Below are positions 11,012 through 18,448 of a DNA stretch of 32,000 nucleotides, piece by piece. Position 1 is the stretch's first letter. Every line of letters begins with the position of its first letter. The translations under genes were made by a program, and so were the position numbers. Under the pieces are notes generated by a model. That model was given only the letters and a program-made list of their open reading frames with translations. It did no database searches and had not been told where the DNA came from. The stretch lies in the NCBI RefSeq assembly GCF_000017845.1, contig NC_010546.1:3960001-3992000 (forward strand), given 5' to 3'. Source of the stretch: Crocosphaera subtropica ATCC 51142. GTDB lineage: Bacteria > Cyanobacteriota > Cyanobacteriia > Cyanobacteriales > Microcystaceae.

Positions 11012-12049
11012 TTACTTTTTATTAATTTTTGTAAGCATCTTGTCAAAAGCTGCGCCATCTGCAAAGAAATCACTTTGAATTTTATCCCATCCTCCCAAAT
11101 CTTTAACAGTAAATAAATTCTTAATAGGCGGATATTGGGATTGAAATTCTTTAGTAATGGTGGGATCAATAGAACGAAAACCAACTTTTGCAAACTCCCT
11201 TTGTGCTTCAGGAGTGAAGAGAAACTGAGTGAAAGCTTCAGCAACTTCTCTATTACCATGTTTATCAACATTCTTATCAACAACCGCTACAGGATTATCA
11301 ATAGAAATATTATAATCGGTTGGTACAAAATATTTACTTTTGTCTCCTTTTTGCTTGGCTAAAATTACCTCATTTTCATAATTTAATAGTACATTTCCTT
11401 GTCCTTGCTTATAAAAAACATCGCTAGATTCACGGGCATCTTTTGGCAATACAGGAACGTTTCTAAAGACGTTTTCTACAAAAGTTTGTGCTTGTTCCTC
11501 TGTTCCTCCTGCTTGTGTCACTGATCCCCATAATGCTAGAAAATTCCATCTTGCTCCCCCAGAAGTTTTTGGGTTAGCGGTAATCACTTGAATATTATTA
11601 TTGGCAAGATCAGACCATTTACTCAGTTTGATTTCTTCATTTCGGGGAACAAAAGCAACCACTGATTTATGCACAATGGACTCATTCGGCAACTCTGTTT
11701 CCCATCCAGGATCGATTAAACCTGCTTTTTCGATCTTTTGGGTGTCTAACGCTAATGCAAGGGCGACAATATCCGCTTCTAAACCATCAATAACAGCGCG
11801 TGTTTGAGAGCCAGATCCTCCGTAACTTTGTTCAAATACAACGGTTTGCCCTGTTTTTTGTTTCCATTGCTCCGTAAACATAGGAATAATCTGCTCATAC
11901 GCACTCTGAGTCACTGCGTAGGAAACTAAGGTCACTTTAATAGGTTGATTGCCAGTTGCTGTTTGCTCAGGGTTTGAACAAGCAGCGATCGCACCACTAG
12001 CAACAACGGCTAAGAGCATAAAGCTAAGAAAACGGATAGGTTTCATCAT
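11012..12049 (-). CDS. sbpA: Periplasmic sulfate-binding protein
   Basis: Signal peptide plus lipobox-like MMKPIRFLSFMLLAVVASGAIAAC, then a CysP/Sbp-type body (SYGGSGSQTRAVIDGLEADIVALAL, ANPKTSGGARWNFLALWG). The start was set at ATG-ATG 12049/12046. The upstream 22 codons of the ORF track were rejected. Confidence 0.9.
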   Translation of the reverse strand: MMKPIRFLSFMLLAVVASGAIAACSNPEQTATGNQPIKVTLVSYAVTQSAYEQIIPMFTEQWKQKTGQTVVFEQSYGGSGSQTRAVIDGLEADIVALALALDTQKIEKAGLIDPGWETELPNESIVHKSVVAFVPRNEEIKLSKWSDLANNNIQVITANPKTSGGARWNFLALWGSVTQAGGTEEQAQTFVENVFRNVPVLPKDARESSDVFYKQGQGNVLLNYENEVILAKQKGDKSKYFVPTDYNISIDNPVAVVDKNVDKHGNREVAEAFTQFLFTPEAQREFAKVGFRSIDPTITKEFQSQYPPIKNLFTVKDLGGWDKIQSDFFADGAAFDKMLTKINKK

Positions 12050-12109
12050 CAGTAGATAATTTTTGCTTGTTTCATAAAAAAAGTTTACATGAAATACACA
12101 ATAAATGCA

Positions 12110-12166
12110 ATACATTTAAAATACATTCTGATAATTTTTAATTTTTTACAGGTTGCATCATGATAG
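12110..12166 (+). promoter_or_regulatory. Regulatory module copy 1: ATACATTTAAAATACATT, a 30-nt spacer, then TCATGATAG (sbpA / DUF202 divergent intergenic region)
   Basis: The exact 18-mer at 12110-12127 (itself ATACATT repeated at 11-bp phase) and the 9-mer at 12158-12166 recur in the same order and orientation at 12812-12870. Confidence 0.5.
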
Positions 12167-12310
12167 CAGTGTCATTATCACTGATAGCAATCACCGTGCA
12201 GGGGATTTCAAACCCAAGTAGTCAGAGTAAAATTTCTTAAAGTAGGGTAAATGGTCGTCAAGACACCTTCTTAGCGATTGCCTTTATTAAACCAATGTAT
12301 TTTATTTGAT

Positions 12311-12353
12311 TTATGATACACTTAGATTTGTAATATACTTTTATGATTCACTT
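12311..12353 (+). repeat. Direct repeat TTATGAT(A/T)CACTT x2, start-to-start 30 bp, just upstream of the DUF202 gene
   Basis: 12311-12323 is ttatgatacactt and 12341-12353 is ttatgattcactt (12 of 13 identical). The repeat ends 32 nt before ATG 12385. Confidence 0.5.
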
Positions 12354-12384
12354 CTATATGTAGTTTTTCCTGCTACCAAGTTTA

Positions 12385-12756
12385 ATGTCATCTAAATTGA
12401 ATTCTTCTCGCATCAGAGATCACCTAGCTAACGAACGCACCTATCTAGCGTGGATGCGAACAGCAGTAGCTCTGATGGGATTTGGGGTAGTTATTTTACG
12501 TCTTCGTGCCTTTCATCCTCCCTCGGTTCCTCGGCCTGGTTTTGGCTGGAAATTAGGGTTAATTTTTGCTGGAGTAGGGTTATTAACAGTATTATTTTCA
12601 ACTCTACAATACTTTGCTGTACGACGGGATATTGAAGAAGATACCTATGAACCACCAGACCGATGGGTCATTTTGTTTAGTTTAGCGATCACGCTTTTAG
12701 GAGTCGGAATTATTTATTTTGTTTTTATGAGTTCCTTTGAGATTTATCTAACTTAA
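12385..12756 (+). CDS. DUF202 (YidH-type) small membrane protein
   Basis: 123 aa with N-terminal signature LANERTYLAWMRTAVALMGFG followed by three TM segments. It is divergent from sbpA. Confidence 0.8.
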   Translation: MSSKLNSSRIRDHLANERTYLAWMRTAVALMGFGVVILRLRAFHPPSVPRPGFGWKLGLIFAGVGLLTVLFSTLQYFAVRRDIEEDTYEPPDRWVILFSLAITLLGVGIIYFVFMSSFEIYLT

Positions 12757-12811
12757 TGGCTTCGCTAAAGAGAAACTATAACCGATAAATTATCATAATT
12801 TTAAAAATTAA

Positions 12812-12870
12812 ATACATTTAAAATACATTTTTGATTAAATTTATGAGTTTCCTGAATCGTGTCATGATAG
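12812..12870 (+). promoter_or_regulatory. Regulatory module copy 2: ATACATTTAAAATACATT, a 32-nt spacer, then TCATGATAG (upstream of the Crp-like gene)
   Basis: The same 18-mer (12812-12829) and 9-mer (12862-12870) as copy 1. The spacer also shares TGAT(a/t)A..ATTT..TA. It ends 52 nt before ATG 12922. Confidence 0.5.
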
Positions 12871-12921
12871 AAAGGGAAAGATCAGCGATGCACAGTACCC
12901 CAAAGCGGAACTCAAGTAATC

Positions 12922-13713
12922 ATGGCCAAATCCAGCCAAAAAACCGAATTAAATCTAATAAAACGTCTAATTGAGCAAAATTTCTTATTTCGGGCTATGG
13001 AAGAATCCTGGTTAAGTCAATATCTGTCTCCAAGTGTCCTTAAAGAAGAAAAGCTGTTTTCCAACCGTCCCATTTACACAGCGTTTCGTCCCCATGAATT
13101 TATCGATGGGTTATATGTCATCTTAGACGAGGGGTTGGTTATTGCCAGAAGTGCGCCTCTAGATCGGATTATTTCTATTACCTATCCTGGGAGTTGCTTT
13201 GGTATTCGTAGTCTTCCTTTTAGTTTTGGTTTAGCAGTACAAGGGTTTCCTAGTTTAGTAGAAGCTTATAAAACCACTCACATCATAAAAATTCCTGTGG
13301 CAACGATCCAAACCCTTTATGAAGAAAGTGAGTTATTTCGTCAAAGGTATCATTTACTATTTGAATTAAGACAAAAATTTCAATATCATTTACTCAATTG
13401 TAGTACCTATCCTCCCCAAGCTGTTGCTTCTTTATTAAGGGCATTAATTTATCAAGAAAGAGAATTAGGAAACCAACCCAATGCTAAAGGAATTTATGAA
13501 TTTGATCTTCCCATTGATGTCATTTCCCGTGCCTGTCAATTGAATCAGCGTACCGTCGAACAAGTATTAAAAGGAATGCAAAAAGTAGGCTTATTAACAA
13601 CTTCTAAAAACACTGATTTATCTGCAGATTTACTGTCTATCGCTGATCCTGAAGGACTTAAAGAAGTTTATAGTGCGACGAGAGATAAAGTGTCTTGGTG
13701 GCCTTTGCGTTGA
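12922..13713 (+). CDS. Crp/Fnr-family-like transcriptional regulator with a divergent effector domain
   Basis: 263 aa. The N-terminal beta-roll-like part (LFRAMEESWL..., DGLYVILDEGLVIARS, GSCFGIRSL) is followed by a C-terminal HTH (PIDVISRACQLNQRTVEQVLKGMQKVGLL). It lies between the sulfate cluster and the flv operon. Confidence 0.6.
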   Translation: MAKSSQKTELNLIKRLIEQNFLFRAMEESWLSQYLSPSVLKEEKLFSNRPIYTAFRPHEFIDGLYVILDEGLVIARSAPLDRIISITYPGSCFGIRSLPFSFGLAVQGFPSLVEAYKTTHIIKIPVATIQTLYEESELFRQRYHLLFELRQKFQYHLLNCSTYPPQAVASLLRALIYQERELGNQPNAKGIYEFDLPIDVISRACQLNQRTVEQVLKGMQKVGLLTTSKNTDLSADLLSIADPEGLKEVYSATRDKVSWWPLR

Positions 13714-13986
13714 CAATGCTATATAGCACTACGCATTATGGTTAGGACGTTATCGAGATTCCTTGTTCCTCGGAATGACCAATAAGGATATGAAAAATGT
13801 CCTAACTAATTTTTGTACTACTATAAATGCCAGAATGCTCAAACTACATTCATAAATGCTAATCATTGAAGCTAGATTATATAAAAATATATTATCATTA
13901 ACTTAAAGAATTGACATTTTACAAAACCTATGTAGGCAGGCCATAATGGGAATCAAGCAAGTTTAAGTATTGTAAAAAAATTATTT

Positions 13987-13991
13987 GGAGG
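13987..13991 (+). promoter_or_regulatory. Shine-Dalgarno GGAGG for flv4
   Basis: GGAGG lies 9 nt upstream of ATG 14001. Confidence 0.55.
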
Positions 13992-14000
13992 CAGCAGTGT

Positions 14001-15731
14001 ATGGTTGCACTCACTCATCAAGGTACCCATTTAAGAGCATTAAATCGTTTGACCCTACAAACGAATACGATCGGTGAAAATACCACGGCAATTCGTTGTT
14101 TAGATTGGGATCGCGATCGCTTTGATATTGAGTTTGGTTTAAGAAACGGAACCACTTACAATTCTTTCATCATCGAAGGAGAAAAAACGGCATTAGTTGA
14201 TACATCTCACGGAAAATTTAGACAATTATATTTAGATTGTTTGAAGGATTTAATTGATCTTTCAACCCTTGATTATCTGATTGTTAGTCATACGGAACCG
14301 GATCATAGTGGGTTAGTTAAAGATGTTTTAAAATTGGCTCCTAATGTTACTGTTGTGGGGTCAAAAGTTGCCATACAATTCTTAGAGAATATGGTGCATC
14401 AACCCTTCAAAAGTTTAATAGTTAAGAGTGGATCTAGTTTAGATTTAGGACAAGGACACGAATTACAATTTATTTCTGCCCCTAATCTTCATTGGCCAGA
14501 TACCATTTTCACCTACGATCAAAAAACCAGTATTCTTTATACTTGCGATGTCTTTGGAATGCACTATTGTGATGATTATATCTACGATGAAGAACCCGAC
14601 CTATTACAAGCCGATTTCAAATATTATTATGATTGTTTGATGGGTCCGAATGCTCGCTCTGTTTTAGCGGCCTTAAAACGCATTGATAAGCTAGAAATTG
14701 ATACCATTGCCACCGGACATGGACCACTTTTAAAACATCATATTCCTCAATGGATTAATGATTATGAAAAATGGAGTAAAGAACAGGCCAAAACCGATAA
14801 TTTAGTCGTCATCTTTTATGATGAAGACTATGGTTATGGGGAAGAGATCGCTAGACATATTGCCCAAGGATTACAGAAAACCGAGGTCAATATTGACTTA
14901 ATTGATTTATCAACCACTGATCCCCATGAAACTCGGCAACTGGTTTATGAAGCCAAAGGGTTAGTGTTAGGAATGCCCTCCCAGTCCGATGATCACGCTC
15001 AGGTCATTGTCAATACTATTTTAGCCGTTGCCCATCCCAAACAAGCGATCGGGTTATTTGAGTCAGGGGGAGGAGAAGACGAACCCATTTATCCTTTACG
15101 CAACAAATTACAAGAAATTGGCGTAACCGAGGGATTTCCCCCCATTTTAGTGAAAACTGCCCCAACCCCTAACACCGAAAAAATGGCCGAAGAAGCCGGC
15201 ACGGATCTCGGTCAATGGATCACCCGCGATCGCTCGATTAAAAATATAAAAAACATCGATTCAGGGTTAGAAAGAGCATTAGGACGCATTAGTAACGGAT
15301 TATATTTGATTACAGCCAATAAAGGAGAAATTGCTGGCTCAATGTTAGCCTCGTGGGTCATTCAAGCCAGCTTAGAACCCTTGGGAGTGGCCATTGCAGT
15401 GTCTAAAGATCGGGCGATTGAATCATTATTGCACCCAGGCGATCGCTTTGTTCTCAATGTACTCGAAGAAGGGAACGCACAAGGGTTAATGAAGCATTTT
15501 CTCAAACGGTTTGCACCAGGGGCCGATCGCTTTGCAGGAGTTAAAACCTATCCGGCCCAAAACGGTTCGCAAATTTTAGCCAATGCTTTAGCTTACCTCG
15601 AATGTGAAGTTATCAGTCGCACTGACTGCGGTGATCACTGGATGATTTATAGCACCGTACAACGGGGACGAGTCTCCAACGTTGACGGTTTAACGGCTGT
15701 TCATCATCGCAAAGTTGGAACTCATTATTGA
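14001..15731 (+). CDS. flv4: Flavodiiron protein, Flv4 type (metallo-beta-lactamase + flavodoxin + flavin-reductase domains)
   Basis: Canonical diiron ligand motif SHTEPDHSG, a flavodoxin-like middle part and a C-terminal flavin-reductase domain (LYLITANKGEIAGSMLASWV...HHRKVGTHY). It is first in the flv4 - sll0218-like - flv2 order known from Synechocystis. Confidence 0.85.
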   Translation: MVALTHQGTHLRALNRLTLQTNTIGENTTAIRCLDWDRDRFDIEFGLRNGTTYNSFIIEGEKTALVDTSHGKFRQLYLDCLKDLIDLSTLDYLIVSHTEPDHSGLVKDVLKLAPNVTVVGSKVAIQFLENMVHQPFKSLIVKSGSSLDLGQGHELQFISAPNLHWPDTIFTYDQKTSILYTCDVFGMHYCDDYIYDEEPDLLQADFKYYYDCLMGPNARSVLAALKRIDKLEIDTIATGHGPLLKHHIPQWINDYEKWSKEQAKTDNLVVIFYDEDYGYGEEIARHIAQGLQKTEVNIDLIDLSTTDPHETRQLVYEAKGLVLGMPSQSDDHAQVIVNTILAVAHPKQAIGLFESGGGEDEPIYPLRNKLQEIGVTEGFPPILVKTAPTPNTEKMAEEAGTDLGQWITRDRSIKNIKNIDSGLERALGRISNGLYLITANKGEIAGSMLASWVIQASLEPLGVAIAVSKDRAIESLLHPGDRFVLNVLEEGNAQGLMKHFLKRFAPGADRFAGVKTYPAQNGSQILANALAYLECEVISRTDCGDHWMIYSTVQRGRVSNVDGLTAVHHRKVGTHY

Positions 15732-15732
15732 A

Positions 15733-15746
15733 GTGAGTTCGGTGTT
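15733..15746 (+). repeat. GTGAGTTCGGTGTT motif, copy 1 (2 nt after the flv4 stop)
   Basis: Exact 14-mer shared with 18216-18229. It is followed here by a second TCGGTGT unit (tandem heptamer 15739-15752). Confidence 0.6.
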
Positions 15747-15809
15747 CGGTGTTTAGAGTTAATCTATCTCTTCGTCTCCTCATTATTTACCTTTTAAAAT
15801 CTTAAAATC

Positions 15810-16346
15810 ATGTACGAATCTTTAAAACATCCTTCTTCACGGCGCAATAGTTGGCTTAACCTCAACCGTATCGTCAACATTCTAGAAATCATTCAAGATG
15901 CCATTGTTATCTGTTTATGTTTAGGACTATTTTCGTTTATGGTGTTGCAACTGTATTCAATGGTATTGTCTCTGTTGCCACCGGTACAATTTCAGATAGT
16001 AACGGCTGATATCTTATCCTTGCTCATTTGGGTGGAATTATTCCGTTTATTAATTATTTACCTGAAAGAACAGCGCATTTCTATCGGTGTTGCTGTAGAA
16101 GTCGCTATTGTCTCGGTTTTACGAGAATTTATTGTCAGAGGTGTTCTAGAAATTGCTGCAACGCAAGTATTAGCCACCTGTGCCTTTTTACTGGTTTTAG
16201 GAATGTTAATGGTGATTCGGGTTTGGCTTCCTCCCACGTTTGATGGGATTGATCCCGAACACGCTGTATCCCAACGTCATCAACAACGTGCAACGACCAA
16301 AAAAGCAGAAACCAATGGTAATCATGCCATTTTAGCTAAAAATTGA
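15810..16346 (+). CDS. Sll0218-like small membrane protein (PsiE-like) of the flv4-2 operon
   Basis: 178 aa with four hydrophobic segments (IVNILEIIQDAIVICLCLGLF..., IWVELFRLLIIYL...). It sits between the two flv genes, as sll0218 does in Synechocystis. Confidence 0.75.
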   Translation: MYESLKHPSSRRNSWLNLNRIVNILEIIQDAIVICLCLGLFSFMVLQLYSMVLSLLPPVQFQIVTADILSLLIWVELFRLLIIYLKEQRISIGVAVEVAIVSVLREFIVRGVLEIAATQVLATCAFLLVLGMLMVIRVWLPPTFDGIDPEHAVSQRHQQRATTKKAETNGNHAILAKN

Positions 16347-16359
16347 GCCTTTTATAGAT

Positions 16360-16380
16360 GGGCTTAATGATATTAAGCCC
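16360..16380 (+). other. Perfect 9-bp stem-loop GGGCTTAAT-gat-ATTAAGCCC in the sll0218-like/flv2 spacer
   Basis: The arms are exact reverse complements with a 3-nt loop. No U-tract follows, so this is more likely an intra-operon processing or stability element than a terminator. Confidence 0.4.
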
Positions 16381-16430
16381 CTACGAACTTTCACTCAAAC
16401 CTACTATCTATTATCGATCAGAATATAATC

Positions 16431-18158
16431 ATGCTTAGCTCAACCTGTCTTCCTACCCGTCCCCGTGACGTTCAAACCGCCACCATCGCCAAGAATACCA
16501 CTATCTTTCGCTCTCGAACCTGGGAACGCCTAAAATTTGAAGTAGAATATGCTTTATGTAAAGGTACAACCGCCAACGCTTATTTAATTGAAGGCGATAA
16601 AGTCGCTTTGTTTGATCCTCCTGGAGAATCATTTACCGAGATTTTTTTACAAGAGTTAGAAGATCATCTAGGGTTGTCTGAGATAGATTATGTAATTTTG
16701 GGTCATGTTAATGCCAACCGTATGGCCACGTTGAAGATTTTAGTAGAAAAAGCCCCTCAAATCACCCTAGTTTGTTCTAAACCAGCTGCTAAGACTCTAA
16801 AGACTACATTTCCCCACTGGGAGGATAAAATTAAAGCCGTACGTTCCGAAGAAAGTTTAGATTTAGGACAAGGCCATTGCTTACAGTTTACCTTTATCCC
16901 AACTCCTCGCTGGCCTGATGGACTGTGTACCTATGATAGTCAAACCCGTATTCTTTACACGGATAAATTATTTGGCTTACATCTGTGTCATGATGCTGTA
17001 TTTGACGACGACTGGAAAGCATTGGATGAAGATCGCCGTTACTATTTTGACTGTCTTCATGGGGCGCAGTCCAAACAAGTGGCCGAAATTTTAGACAAAC
17101 TTGAGCCATTTTCCGCCCGATATTACGCACCTGGCCATGGGGTAATGGTTCGCTATAGTTTAAGTCGCTTAACCTACGATTATCGTCAATGGTGTCAACA
17201 ACAACAGACCCAAGATTTGAAAGTGGCTTTATTGTACGCTTCTGCTTATGGGAATACAGCTATTATGGCTCAAGCGATCGCTCAAGGGATCATGGATCAA
17301 GGAGTAGGGGTAGAATTAATTAATTGTGAGTCAGCGACTCCTGAAGAGATCACCGATGCTATTCAAAAGTGTGACGGCTTTTTAATCGGTTCCCCAACCT
17401 TGGGAGGTCATGCACCGGTACAAATTCAAACCGCCTTGGGAATTGTGTTAGGTACAGCGAGTAAAACTAAGTTAGCAGGCGTATTCGGTTCTTATGGATG
17501 GAGTGGGGAAGCCATTGACTTAATTAGTCAAAAATTGAGGGATGGTAATTATAATCTAGGGTTTGATCCCTTGCGTATTCGGTTTAGTCCCGATGAGGCT
17601 GCCGTTGAACACTGTCAACAAACCGGAGTTGATTTCGCTCAAACCTTGAAAAAACGGCAAAAACAAGGGGCTGTAGCATCTGGGTTAACCACAGTACAAA
17701 GCGATCGCACTGAACAAGCGATCGGACGTATTATCGGTTCTCTGTGTGTCATTACCACCTGTCAAAACCAGGGCCATCAAGGGTTTTTAACCTCTTGGAT
17801 TTCTCAAGCCACTTTTAATCCACCAGGGTTAATGATTGCTATTGATAAGAAACAATGGAATGAGGGAGATTTTGAAGTAGATACCTCTTTTATTGTCAAT
17901 ATTCTCAAAGAAGGGCGCAACGTCAGGAAACATTTTTCTGAGTCTAATAGTAGTCCCTTTGATCATTTAGAGACAGAAACTGCGTCCAATGGTTGTTTAA
18001 TTTTAAAAGAGGGTTTAGCCTATCTTGAATGTACCGTACAGCAACGAGTAGAAGCAGGCGATCGCTGGTTAGTGTTTGCCTTAGTTAACCAGGGAGATGT
18101 GTTAGAAGATAAAGGATTAACGGCGATCGCTCATCGCAAGTCAGGAAAGCAATATTAA
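16431..18158 (+). CDS. flv2: Flavodiiron protein, Flv2 type
   Basis: Same three-domain architecture as the upstream paralog, but the diiron motif position reads GHVNANRMA (non-canonical ligands, as reported for Flv1/Flv2-type proteins). The C-terminus is ...IAHRKSGKQY. Confidence 0.85.
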   Translation: MLSSTCLPTRPRDVQTATIAKNTTIFRSRTWERLKFEVEYALCKGTTANAYLIEGDKVALFDPPGESFTEIFLQELEDHLGLSEIDYVILGHVNANRMATLKILVEKAPQITLVCSKPAAKTLKTTFPHWEDKIKAVRSEESLDLGQGHCLQFTFIPTPRWPDGLCTYDSQTRILYTDKLFGLHLCHDAVFDDDWKALDEDRRYYFDCLHGAQSKQVAEILDKLEPFSARYYAPGHGVMVRYSLSRLTYDYRQWCQQQQTQDLKVALLYASAYGNTAIMAQAIAQGIMDQGVGVELINCESATPEEITDAIQKCDGFLIGSPTLGGHAPVQIQTALGIVLGTASKTKLAGVFGSYGWSGEAIDLISQKLRDGNYNLGFDPLRIRFSPDEAAVEHCQQTGVDFAQTLKKRQKQGAVASGLTTVQSDRTEQAIGRIIGSLCVITTCQNQGHQGFLTSWISQATFNPPGLMIAIDKKQWNEGDFEVDTSFIVNILKEGRNVRKHFSESNSSPFDHLETETASNGCLILKEGLAYLECTVQQRVEAGDRWLVFALVNQGDVLEDKGLTAIAHRKSGKQY

Positions 18159-18215
18159 CGTTAAATAAGTTTAGGGAGAGGTAACTCCTCTTCCTAATGA
18201 ACCCCTAAAAATAAC

Positions 18216-18229
18216 GTGAGTTCGGTGTT
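18216..18229 (+). repeat. GTGAGTTCGGTGTT motif, copy 2 (58 nt after the flv2 stop)
   Basis: Exact 14-mer shared with 15733-15746. A second GTTCGG follows 8 nt later (agtaGTTCGGag). Confidence 0.6.
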
Positions 18230-18289
18230 AGTAGTTCGGAGTGCGACTCAATCATTGTTTTTCTAATTTCCCATGATTGATCCATCCCT

Positions 18290-18316
18290 CAGAAGATAGT
18301 TACTTCTGTTTATTTT
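18290..18316 (+). terminator. Candidate intrinsic terminator of the flv4-2 operon
   Basis: 6-bp stem CAGAAG/CTTCTG with a 7-nt loop, followed by TTTATTTT. The stem is short, so confidence is modest. Confidence 0.4.
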
Positions 18317-18448
18317 AAATGGTATTATTTCAACTTTTATAATAACATCTGTCTTTATAAGCTGTTAAACATATAAATTGCTTAAGTTAGTCGAAGTGTG
18401 CTATTTTAAACCCAGAAATTTCATCTCGTATTCAAAGGTAATTTAATA

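Noticed and set aside
8235-11807. Short ORFs 8235..8450(+), 10921..11283(-), 11135..11362(+) and 11601..11807(+)
   Set aside because: They lie inside or antisense to cysA, the NIL gene and sbpA, which have clear family signatures. No independent start or RBS evidence supports them.
13911-13947. TTGACA at 13911-13916 as the flv4 -35 box
   Set aside because: The only -10-like hexamers (TATGTA at 13929, CATAAT at 13942) lie 12 and 25 nt away, outside the 16-18 nt window. The flv4 promoter cannot be placed from sequence alone.
12450-17130. Short ORFs 12450..12635(+), 16028..16243(+) and 16894..17130(-)
   Set aside because: They are alternative-frame or antisense ORFs within the DUF202, sll0218-like and flv2 genes. 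Their Cys/Ser-rich translations are typical of out-of-frame reading.
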